From the human T2T-CHM13v2.0 reference genome, Homo sapiens: a stretch of DNA of 64,000 nucleotides. The position numbers and the translations under genes were made by a program. Below the pieces are notes generated by a model. It had not been told where the DNA came from. It made no database searches and saw only the letters and a program-made list of their open reading frames with translations. The stretch is from NCBI RefSeq assembly GCF_009914755.1, contig NC_060926.1, one strand, 5' to 3'. This document shows positions 1 to 12,898 of this stretch, piece after piece (within the stretch, counting starts at the first letter, position 1; the number at the start of each line of letters is the position of its first letter).

Positions 1-582
1 ATATTTAAAATGGGATACAGCAAAAACAAGGGTGGAATGCATAAGGTATATTCAGAAAACAAATATGTTTAAGGAAAATACATCCAACTGACATAAGAGG
101 TGAAAGAAAGGGTATGTTCAGGCCAACAACAGTCCTGTCTTCAGAAATTGTGAGTTCTGCCATTAACTTGCCCAAGGTCATATAGCTAACAACAATCTTT
201 TTCAAAGGTTTCTTCGTTTCCAAACACTGATAATATGTACTGAAAAACACTGTGAAGCGAAATTTCTGACACAAAGATGGTATAGAACGAATGTTGATCC
301 TATTCCTGCCTTTGCTGGAGAGTCCACGCCAAAGAAATTCTTGTTCCCTTTCATCTAACCAAAGTCTTTCCAGTTAAAGTTTTCTTCCTTAAATGTAAAA
401 TAATTTGTTTAAATAATGTTTAAGCGCTTATCATATGCAAGAGTATCACCTATCAAAGGACCGGATTAGCTTATCAAATTAAATAATTTCAGTAACAGAG
501 ACAAAAAGAAACACACTTTATAAGAATGAGAATGCCGTTCCTCTATTCATTGTCTAGCAAATGATTTACCATTCATAACTCA

Positions 583-887
<305 letters not shown>

Positions 888-1966
888 CCTCAAATGTCAC
901 CTCCTATTCCTTATTAGAAGATAGTATCTGATAAATTTGTAACTAATTGATGAACATTTAATTTTTGACCTAATTCAGAACATTTCAATTCACATACTAA
1001 AAATAAGCCAAAGTATTTACAAGTGGGACCAAAATTTACCACCTGCAGAGGAAGAAAATATGATAGAGCCTCTGAGAAGCAGTTTCTTAGACAGAACAGA
1101 TACCAGATTTGAGCAAGCAGATACAAGAAGACAAGGAAGCTCTCCTTAGAAACCCAACTGTGGGAGTCGCAGTACTGGTTCACATACTTGGGAAACATGA
1201 TCTGAACATGAACTCTCAACAGCAATAACAACAAAGATTGGCAGCCAATTCAAATTCCTTCTGTGTATCACAGATCTAGGTAAATGTTTACTTGAATGGG
1301 TCTCTGATTTCCTAGAAGAAAGTCATTTCTATTACTACTATAGCACCGTGCAATAGTGTTTTTTGTCATTTTGCTAAGTATTGCCATTTATATGATTTTA
1401 AATATCTACAAAATTCTGTTCTGTAATAACACAGATGTCTACAAAATTTATCTAAGTGAAAATCATAACTATTATCTTTAAAGTATGGGGGCACAAAAAT
1501 GCAGCAGATTGTATTTCTTGTACTGTTGATTTACCCAACTACTACTCCACCTTATGGCCCCAAATTACCCTGCTAAAAGATTGTATTAACTTCTTTAGGG
1601 TAATTTAATAAGGGGCCTTCTTTATGGGAAAAATATTTTTAAGTTCCCCTTCTTTCTCCTATAACCCCCGTTTAGTTAAGAATTCACTTAATGTCTACTT
1701 TTGTAATAGTGTCATAATAATTGTTATGCAAGATAAAGATTAACTAACATTAAAAGGAGTCAACAATTATGTCTTAAAGAAATTTTGAGTAAACTGAAAA
1801 AGAAGAGAGGGAAAGAACCCACAAGTCAACACAACATTTAGCCTATCCCCAGCAAAAAAAAAAAAGTGTCCCATTAGACATCAGTAAATATAAACTAGTT
1901 ACAATTTAGTCACTATCATACTGGACTGAATCTTTTACATCTTCTTCAATTCATCCTCAAAGACTA

Positions 1967-2326
<360 letters not shown>

Positions 2327-3483
2327 TTATAATTATCAGTTATTCACTTGATAAAATGTATTACATAGTAATTAAGGTATGATGGTAATAAATTAATACT
2401 AAAGATTAAATAGTATGTAATAATCAATATAAGAATATGATTATACTTGGTAGTAAGTTAAAATTAACTATAAATCACAAATATTTTTTCCTTAAGGTTC
2501 AAAACCCACTGTCTTAGTATGCATGCTATCACTATAGGAAGTAAAGTACTGGTACATAAAACTGATAAGAAGTACTACTGACTTATTACGTAGCCTAAAA
2601 TTCCAACCAAGGGCTTTCATTTTCAATAATGGCATAGTAAGATCTCACTGGAAAACTACCACTGACCACCCTGGTGGGGAAAAACACTATAAAACACAGA
2701 CAAGATACAAAAAGCAGCTACCTAAGCTGCACTGGAGAGCAAAGGAAATCAGAAAGACTGCTTAGGAGTACATGCTCAAAGAAGGGGAATTATATGAAGG
2801 AAATTCATCTTTTCAAAGCTTTTAGCTCGCAACCAAGTGTTGCCAACACAGGGCAAGCTACAGATAAATCATGGTCTTTCTGTCCTAGAGAAGCAGAAAA
2901 CCAAAGCTAGGGAAACTGTAGCGATGGAAGAATGCAAAGGGAAGAGAAAGAGACAGGAAAAATAGAAGAAATCCCCACCTCTTTGATTGATACCAGAACC
3001 ATGCATAGGGAGGGGAGACTCAAAGCAGACCAGCTAATGACAAACTGAAGTGAGACTGGAGCTGCCATCTAAGAAATCGAGGTTGCAGTTCAAGTCCAAC
3101 TGTCTACTAATACAAAACCAAAAAAAACAAAACAAACCCGCTACACATATGAGAGAAAAACTGGAACCTAGAATCACCATAATGTAACATTCATAATGTC
3201 CAGGATACAATCTAAAATTACCTAAAAAAATCAAGCATAATGCTATCAGAAAACAAGTGAGATTGAATTTGAGATTATCCAGATGCTGAAAGTAGCTGAA
3301 AAAAATTTTAAGTGTCTATTAAAACTACCTTCAATAAATAAAAGTAAATTATGCACACAATGAACTGGGAGACAGGCACTCCCAGCAGAGAAATAGAAAT
3401 GGTGGGAGAGAAGGAAGAAGAGAAGAAGAAAGGAGGGCAGGGAGGAAGGGAGACAAATTTAGAACTGATAAACACAATATGTA

Positions 3484-3533
<50 letters not shown>
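3484..3533 (+). repeat. (TATC)12 tetranucleotide microsatellite
   Basis: Perfect TATC array. Confidence 0.97.
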
Positions 3534-3665
3534 GATATATGGACATAACAGCCAAATTAAGATGACTGAGGAAAAGAATATGTCAAAGATAAATCAACAG
3601 AAACTAATCTGAACACACAGAAGACAGAATAAAAACGAACAGAGCCTCAGGGACCTACTAGATAA

Positions 3666-3975
<310 letters not shown>

Positions 3976-4772
3976 CAACATGCATATAATTAAAGTCCTA
4001 AAAGGAGAGGGGAAAGAGATGGGGAGAAAAAAAAACTTGAAGCATTAATGAATAAAAATTTACACAATTTATTGAAAGCAATTTACAAATTGAAGTGCAA
4101 TGCTAAGACATACAATAGCAGAGGTATGACACAAATGTCGAAGGTAAAGAGCAATTCTTGAAAGAAGCAAAAAAAGTTTCAATTAATCATTGATTTTTTC
4201 ATTAGAAATTAAGGACAGAAGAGAGTGCAACAATATTTTTAAAGTGCAGAAAAAAAATTAAACAGACCTGTCAACCAAGAATTTTATACCCAGCAAAAAT
4301 ATTCTTAAAGAATGAATCTTGTAATAAAAACATTTTCAGATGAAAGAAAACTAAGAGAATTTATTGCCAACAGCCCTGCGCTATAATTAATGCTATAGAA
4401 CGGTCTTCAAAGTTAAAAGAAATGATAAGTAGAACCTCAGATTCTCAGAAAGAAAAGAAAAGCATCAAAAATGGCAGATATCTTAGTAAGTGCAAAAGGC
4501 TTTTTGTTTTTTCTTTTCATGGTTTCCTCATAATACAAATATATGTTTAAACAAAAGTCATTTATGATGTACTAAATGCCACTGAAATGTACATTTTTAA
4601 ATGGTTAATTTTAGGTAATGTAAATTTTATCTCAATTTTTTAAATTGTGGGATTTACAAAATGTGTAGAGTATTACATACAACTATGGCATAAAAGACAG
4701 GGAGGGAATATGGGATTATATACTTTCAAGTTTTCTATATTTTACATGAAGTGATACAATATAAACTGTAAA

Positions 4773-5040
<268 letters not shown>

Positions 5041-5345
5041 TTAAGGAGGTATATTGTAATCACTAGAGCAATCACTTAAAAAAAGTGAAATCTAGTTGGA
5101 ATCCAAGATGAATATTAAAATAAAATCCTAACAGATATTCAAATAATCAAAAAAATGTAGAGAGACAGAGGAACAAACCACAGAAGCAACAAATAAAACA
5201 CAAATAAAAAGATACAAATCCAAACCTATCAAGTCCATTAGACAATGAAATAAGCACTTTAAAAGGTGTTGACTATCAGAATTGATAATAAAATAGAACA
5301 CAATCATATGTTCTGTATAAGAGATACATTTTAATATAAAGACAT

Positions 5346-5648
5346 GGCAAGCCCAGTGGCTCACACTAGTAATCCCAACACTTTTGGGAGGCTGAGACAG
5401 AAGGACTGCTTGAGGCCAGGAGTTCAAGATCAACCGAGGCAACATAGCAAGATCCCATTTCTACAAAAACTTAAAACTAAAAAATTAGCCAGGCATGGTG
5501 ACATGAGCCTGTAGTCCCACTTACTCAAGAGGCTGAAGTGGGAGGATTGCCTGAGCCCAGAAGTTTGAGGCTGCAGTGAACCGTGATTGTGGCACTGCAC
5601 CCTAGCCTGTGTAACAGCATAAGACTGTCTCCAAGCAAACAAACAAAC
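5346..5648 (+). mobile_element. Alu (AluJ-type)
   Basis: Diverged dimer with gaggattgcctgagccc (J-type). Confidence 0.9.
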
Positions 5649-7132
5649 ACGGATAGGTTGAAAGTAAATGGATGGAAAACAGTAAGTATAAGACGGCTAT
5701 AGTAGCTGTATTAATATCAGATTAAATTGATTTCAAAATAAAAAGTACTGCATATTTTTAAATGAGAAAAAAGTAAATTCATCCAAAAGGCATAATATTC
5801 ACATAAGGCATAATATACACATAATGTGTATGTGCCTAATAACAGCTTCAAATTACAGGGAGCCAAAATCAACAGAAGTAAAGATGAAATGAACAATTCT
5901 ACAATCAGAACTGGAGATCTTAACGCCCTTCTCTTAACTAAATTAATGGAACTAGACAAAAAAATCAGTAAAAATGCAGAAGATATGAACAATGCTATTA
6001 ATCATCTTGAACGAAATATTTATAGAACATTACATTCAATAATAACAAAACATATTCTTTTCAAGAGCATGTAGTTCATTTGGCCCAGACTACGCATAGC
6101 CAAAAGACAAGTTTCAAATTTAAAAGGACTGAAATCACACAGAGGATGATCCCTATCTATTAAAAAAAATTAAATTAGAAATCAATAACAGTAAGAATGC
6201 TAGAAAAGCTCCAAATACTTGGAAATACACAAACGTTTTAAGAATCAACAGATCAAAGAAGTCACAAGAGAAATAAGGAAATATTTTAAATTAAGGGATA
6301 ATAAAAATATAACCTATCAACGTATGTGGGATGCAGCTAAAGCAGTGCTTAGAGAGAAGTTTGTAACTTTAAATAATCATATTAGAAAACAACCTCCAAA
6401 ATTAATAATCTGAGTTCTCACCCTAAGAAATTAGAGAAAGAAAAAGTAAATTAAAACCAAACAGGCGTTTGATGGGCAGCAGGAGAGGAGAGTGGACTCC
6501 AGAGAGCCCTGAGCAGCCCCCAACCACTACTGCCTTCGGGGCCTCACACGGGAGGAGCCGCAGCTGGTGCAGCAGGCCCACTCACCACCTCCGCAACCAC
6601 TGGGGAGACCCAGCAGACGCCGCGCCCCCGCCCTCAGCGCTGCCAACAGCCAGCCCACCACCACGGGCAGCGGCACAGGGAGCGGGGCCCCGGCGGTCTC
6701 CAGCTGGGACAACATAGACCAGCAGGGACAAGAAGGTCATCACTATGAAAGTTTTGGGAACAGTAAAACGGTTCAATGTAAGAAAAGGATATGGATTCAT
6801 CAACAGGAATGACACCAAGTGAGATGTATTTGTACACCAGACTGCCATAAAGAATAACCCCAAGAAGTACCTTGGCAGTGGAGGAGCTGGAGAGATGTGG
6901 CGTTTGATGTTGAAGGAGAAAAGAATGTGGAGGCAGCCAGTACTGCAGGCCGTGGTGGAGTTCCAGTTCAAGGCAGTAAATATGCAGCCAACTGTACCTT
7001 TATAAGCTCCTATCTACCTCCTAGGGGTCCTCCAGGCAACTGCCAGCAGAATTACCGTAATAGTGAGAGTGGCGAAAAGAACCAGGGAAAAGAGTGCTCC
7101 CGAAGGCCAGGCCCAACACGCAGGGCCTACGG

Positions 7133-7228
7133 AAGGAAAAGTTCCCACCTTCCTATATGTGGGCAAGGAAAAGTTCCCACCTTCCTACCTCCTGACAAGG
7201 AAAAGTTCCCACCTTCCTACATGCGGAG
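7133..7228 (+). repeat. Three copies of 23-bp AAGGAAAAGTTCCCACCTTCCTA, period 32 bp
   Basis: Identical cores start at 7133, 7165 and 7197; each is followed by a different 9-mer. Confidence 0.95.
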
Positions 7229-7482
7229 ACCCTATATGCGGGGAGAAGTGCTGGAGGGTACCCACAACCAGTGGGCAAGGGAACAAGGCAGACCAGTGGG
7301 GCGGAGTAGGTATCGGGGATACAGACCATGATTCTGCAGGGACCCTCTGCCAAAGGTAGTCTAGAGAGGACAGAAATGAAGAGGATAGGGAAAAATCAAG
7401 GAGATGATATCCAAGGTCAGCAGCCACCTCAGCAACAGTGCCACTACAACTTCAAGTACCAGTGCAGACACCTGAAAACTCT

Positions 7483-7901
7483 TGATATGGTTTGCCTGTT
7501 TTGTCTCCTCCAAATCTCATGTTGAAATGTAATCCCCAGTGTTGGAGGTGGGGTCTGGTGGGACATGCTTGGGTCATGGTGGCAGATCCCTCATGAAAGA
7601 CTTGGTGCTGTCCTCACCATAAGGAGTTCTTGCTCTGAGTTCAGTGCGATCTGGTTGTTTAAAAGAGAGTGGCACTCTCTCTAGCTCCATCTCACTTGTT
7701 CCCTCTCTAGCCATGTGATATGCCGCCTCCCCCTTTGCCTTCTGCCATGACTCTAAGCTCCTGGGGCCTCACCAGAAGCAGATGCTGGTGGCATGCTTCC
7801 TGTACAACCTGCAGAACCATGAGCCAAAATAAACTTATTTTGTTTATAAATTACCCAGCTTCAGGTGTTTCTTTATAGCAATGCAAAAATGGACTAACAC
7901 A
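7483..7901 (+). mobile_element. MST-type (MaLR) solo LTR inserted in the YBX1 pseudogene
   Basis: TGATATGGTTTG...GGACTAACACA termini with a perfect 5-bp TSD ACTCT (7478-7482 / 7902-7906). The YBX1 sequence resumes exactly after it. Confidence 0.93.
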
Positions 7902-8362
7902 ACTCTAAACCACAAGACAGCAAAGTGGCGAAAAACATCAGATCCACCAGCAGATAAGGCTCTCAAGACTCTCTACCATCATCCTGTTTAGTCATCTAAT
8001 AAGAAGAAATGATTATAAAATTCCAGCAATAAGAAATGAACAAAATATTGGAGCTGAAGACCTTAAGTACTTGCTTTTCGTCAAATGGTCAGATAACTAG
8101 AACTATTTTCATTACCTATACGGCGTGAGGTTTTTATTACTTTTACCTAAATATGTTTCTTTCTGTTAATAACAAACATATTTTTAAGCCTTTTTTTCTC
8201 AATCTGACTTTAAAGAAAGGTTTTAAAATTGTTTTGTATTTGTTCAAGTTAAGATTTTTAAGAACTTCATTTTAAATCTGTGATAAAAGTTTACAACTTG
8301 ATTTTTTTTATAAGTCAAAAAACTGCAAGCACCTGTTAAAAAAGGTCTTAAATAATTTGAAA

Positions 8363-10932
8363 ATACCCAAATAGGTAGAAAGAAGGAAATAATAAAAGAT
8401 ATGAGAACAAACTGGTGAAATAGGAAATGAACAAAGAAAAAAAAAATCAGTGAAACCCATAGTCCTTTAAAAAGCTCAATAAAATTGATAAGCCTCTAGA
8501 TAGACTAATCAAAAAGAAAGACAAAAATTACACTTCATTCTAACATCACAAAGGAAAGAGGAGACATTATAGGTCCTAAGTCATTAAACATATGAGAATA
8601 TTAATAACTTTATGCCCAATAAATTTGACAGCTTAAATGAAGTAATCAAAATGCTAGAAAGACAAAAATTACCAAAACTGAACTAAGAAGAAATAGAAAA
8701 CACGAATAGTCCTACATCAGTTCAAGAAATTGAATCTGAAATAAAAACCTTCCCATACATACACACACACACACACACACAAAACAAAACAAAAAAAAAC
8801 TCCACGCCTAGATGGCTTTACTGGTAAATTTTATCAAGCATTTAGGGGAGAAATAACATGAATCCTCCATAAACTCTTCGAGGAAATCAAAGATAAAATA
8901 CTTTACAAGTGATTTTACAAGGTTCATATTACCCTGCTATCAAATTCAGACAAAAATTACAAGAAAAGAAAACCACAGAAACAATAATCCCTCATTAATA
9001 CAGATGTAAAAATCCTTTAAAACATTTTTTAGCAAATCAAATTCAAAAGCACACAGGTTTATTTATAATGATGGAGTGAGTTTATCTTGGGAATAACAAA
9101 AGCTTACCAATCAAAAATCAGTCTATGTAATTTACCATATTAATAGAATAAAAAAGAAAAACCAGATCATTCCAATAGATAAAAGAAATTCATTTGACAA
9201 AATTCAACACCTATTCAGGATAAAAACTCTCAGCAAACTAGGAATAACGAGTAACTACTTCAACCTGATTAAGGGCTTCTAAAAATAACCTATAATATCA
9301 CTTATAATAGCAGCAAAATATTAAACACCTAGGGATAAAATTAACAAAATATGTGTAAGATTTGTATTCTGTAACCTATAAAATACTGTTGAGAAGAGAC
9401 CTAAATAAATTTAAAAATTTAATCGCCTTCATGGATTGGTAGTCTCCACTGACAGTTTCAATACAAAGTCAAAAATCAATGAAATTCCAGCAAGCTTTTT
9501 TTTCAGGTTCTTAAATTTATACAGAAATGCAAAGGAACTAGAAAAGCTAAAGCAATCTTAAAAAATAGGAAAAGGGTCAGAAGACCTACACTATCTAATT
9601 TTAAGACTTACTCTAAAGCTATAATAATCAAGACAGTATGGTATTGCCAAAACAAATAGATCAATGGAACAGAATAGAGTGTGTAAACTGACCTGCACTT
9701 GACCTCCTAAACAGTTATTTGATTTTTGACACGGTGCCAGGTTAATTCAGTGAGAGAAAAGATATTCAACAAATAATTCTGGAAAAACTATGCATCTGTA
9801 TGGAAGAAAATTAACACCTTACCTCATGCCATATGCAAAATTAACTAGAAAGATGACAGGCCCGAATGTAAGAGCTAAAGTTATTTAAAATTAAACTTTA
9901 ACAGAAGAAAATATCTGTAACACAGCGCTGGGTAAAGATTTCTGAACCGGACACAAAAAACACAAATATCAGAGAAAATCAACTGATAAAATGAACATCC
10001 TAATGAAAAATTTTGTTCTTTTAAAGACAGAATTAAAAAAAAAAAAAAAGCCAGCCACAGACTAGGAGAAAATTTCATATAACATATACTTGACAAAGAA
10101 CTTGTATCCAGTTCTTCGATACTGGATCAAAATAAGACAAACAATCCAATTAAAAATGGACAAAAGATTTAGACAGATACTTCACCAAAGAAGATATACA
10201 GTTTGGAAGTAAGCAAATGAAAAGATGGTCATCACTAATAGGCTGGAAAATAGAAATGAAAGCCACAATATTCTCTATAATGCCTAAACTAGAAACAATT
10301 GACAATATCAAGTGCTAGAAAGGATGTGGAGGAACTGGAACTCATATTGCTGGTGTGAAATCAAAATGTTACAGTCACTTTGGAAAACAGTATGGCAGTA
10401 TTTTATAAAGCTAAACATACAGTTACCATACACTTCAGCTATCCCATTTCTAGATATTTACCCAAAAGAAATAGAAACATATATCCATACAAACATTTCT
10501 ACACAAATAATTCGTAACAATAAAAACTGGAAACAATTCAAATGTCCACCAGTTAATGAATGGATAAGCAAAGTGATAATATTAAAGGCTACATAGTAAT
10601 AAGAAAGTATTAACGTACACAATATGAATGAATATCAAAAACATTATGCTAGATCTAAAAAAAGTCAAACAGAAAAAACTACATACTATATGATACTACA
10701 TGAAATTCTAAATATGATAAAAATGCAACAATAGAAAGCAGATCAGTGAGTACTTAAGCATAAGGGTTAGGGGAGAGGATCAACTGCAAAAGGACACAAA
10801 TAAACATTTTAGGATGATTGAAACATTGTGTATTTTGACTGTGACAGTAGATCTACGACTGTGTACAATAAACTTCATCAAACTGTACACTAAGAATATA
10901 TGATTTTTGTTACATGTATATTTTACCTTAAT
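8363..10932 (+). mobile_element. Old L1 continued: ORF2 RT/C-terminal region and 3'UTR
   Basis: Contains gatggctttactggtaaattttatcaa and tttgacaaaattcaacac. ORF 10312-10596 (LWKTVWQ..AIPFLDIYPKE) is ORF2 C-terminus-like. The 3' end is L1ME/MD-like. Confidence 0.88.
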
Positions 10933-12414
10933 GATGTCTGGAGAAGACACCATACAGACAAACTTGATATACATACATTATCTTTGATAAGGTTTCATAC
11001 TTGATTACTAAAGTTCAACATTATAGGCTGATATGAAATTAACTAAGATTGAATTTTACCTATTCTGAAATCTTAATATGGGAGAATAGCAGTTTATAAT
11101 AATTTGCTGTTAAATGAATTTCAAAAATTATTTTGGCCTCAGGTTTCTGGAAATAAAAACAAAAGTTGATTTAATAAAAACAAAAATTGGAAAAAATATC
11201 AATTTAAAATACATGTCACAAATATGCATAATAAAAAACAATTTGAGGGGAACCAATTTGCTATAGGGGATTAATTACTTTCTACTTCTAATGATTTGGG
11301 GATTTTCCTAGACTCATTCTCAATGACCAGGGGCTTTTCTAAACTCCTTCTCAGGTGCCCCTGTGCTTATGCAAGAAGGCTCTTGAAATAGTACTCTAGG
11401 ATATTAAAAGCTAAACATTTCACCGTGGTAAGGTCTTACACCTAGAGAGACAAAGAGCTCTTTACCACAAAAAAGTGGGAGGTATGGGGATGAATTAAAA
11501 TAAAGTAAACAATGCATGTTTCTGCGAAAACTTTATTTTCAAAAAGAACCATTTTATTTTAGATGCTAAACTCATCAATTCAAAATTTTGTTTTCAAAAG
11601 ATTCCCTCAATAAAGCAATTCATTTCTGTGCTATTTAGTTTGCTGTATTTTTACAAGCACCAGACTGAGCAAACCATGATTGAGAGAAGCCATCGTATGC
11701 ACATTGCTGTTGTCCCACATCATTCAGAACAAACCTTTTTAGATCGTTAACTACCACAGGAGTGCTGATTACACAGGCACCAGCAATTTCCTAACCAATG
11801 ACCACCTGAACAATGATGTGTTCAGCTTCTCAGACCCTGCAGCCTTTCAAAGGTGAATCATTTCACAGTTTGGAACTAGATCTCCATAGCAACTTCCCTT
11901 TGAGGGTTTTAGAATCACCATCCAGTAATTCTATGATCATCAAGCTCAACCATTCCCAATGGTTCTTTTCACAGCAGATGGAAAAGGAAGCCTTGAAATT
12001 TTACAGTCTATTTCAAGCAATTCATCTGGCAGCCTATTAGAATTCAAAATATTTCGACCTTCAATCACAAAGCATGTTATCTGAAGCTGTGGTGATCTCA
12101 AGTCAAGACAAGCAGACGTTTTAGTCTAATCATCCATGATGAGAAGAGACTGACAAAAACTCTTAATTCAACCACCATCAAAATGCTTATTTTAACTGCA
12201 TGAAAGTCTTTCAACAGGCAATGAAAACATACCATGTGCCATTTTATCACAACCTTCTGTTCAAGGAAAATATGAATTCTGAATATTGACATGCATCTCT
12301 GCACTTCTTAGACTGCTTGGAACAAATATGTTTCTTAAAAGTTAGCATAAATCCAATTTAAGAGCACTATTATTCACTGCTGCAAAAGCTAGAAACCTTA
12401 AGCAAATAGCAATG

Positions 12415-12611
12415 GACTTTTGACAAAGTCAGCTAGCTTAATAAAATCAAGTACATTTGGATTTCTTAAATTTTTTTCAGACTTTTGACAAAGTCAGCCA
12501 GCTTAATAAAATCAAGTACATCTGGATTTCTTAAAGTTTTTCCAGACTTTTGACAAAGTCAGCCAGCTTAATAAAATCAAATACATTTGGATTTCTTAAA
12601 TTTTTTTCAGA
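12415..12611 (+). repeat. 65-bp tandem repeat, 3 copies
   Basis: Units start at 12415, 12480 and 12545 (GACTTTTGACAAAGTCAGC...TTTTTTCA) and differ by only a few substitutions. Confidence 0.96.
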
Positions 12612-12855
12612 TACAACCTAAAATGATTAATCAGAAAATTAATATCAACTCCTCAGGAAATTAATATCAATTAAAAGGAAAGAATAGATCTCAAAAAAAA
12701 CTTAATTTACAAAAAGTTGTTGACTTTTCCCCAATTCAACTAATTCTCTAGTGATTTCAAAATATACTAGCCCTATTTTTAAAACACTGAATTAAACCAC
12801 ATAAAAAAGCTGTACATTTCAAATTGCTACTGAACAACAGTTAATTTATCCAAAC

Positions 12856-12898
12856 TCTTTTTATACCTAAAGTATAAATGCTTTTAGGTATAAAAAGA
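12856..12898. repeat. Perfect 16-bp inverted repeat with an 11-nt spacer
   Basis: TCTTTTTATACCTAAA (12856-12871) / TTTAGGTATAAAAAGA (12883-12898). Confidence 0.93.

Larger units (their letters stand above)
6466..8358 (+). pseudogene. Processed YBX1 (Y-box binding protein 1) pseudogene, antisense to OLA1
   Basis: Intronless copy with a YBX1-like 5'UTR (ccagagagccctgagcagcccc), cold-shock domain ([38 protein letters not shown]), [11 protein letters not shown], and 3'UTR ending gcacctgtt..aaaggtcttaaataat. The ATG is lost, there is a TGA at 6820-6822, plus frameshifts and deletions. Degenerate TSD aaaaccaaacagg (6453-6465) / atacccaaatagg (8363-8375). Confidence 0.95.

Noticed and set aside
7133-7228. 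CRISPR-like repeat-spacer appearance
   Set aside because: This is a primate intron, the spacers are only 9 bp, the repeat derives from YBX1 coding sequence, and there are no cas genes.
6897-7331. 144-aa ORF with YBX1-like peptides
   Set aside because: It starts at GTG inside a retrocopy with a lost ATG, an upstream stop at 6820 and frameshifts. There is no evidence it is a functional retrogene.
5826-10596. ORFs resembling an endonuclease/reverse transcriptase
   Set aside because: Short broken remnants of an old L1 ORF2, not an active or novel RT system.
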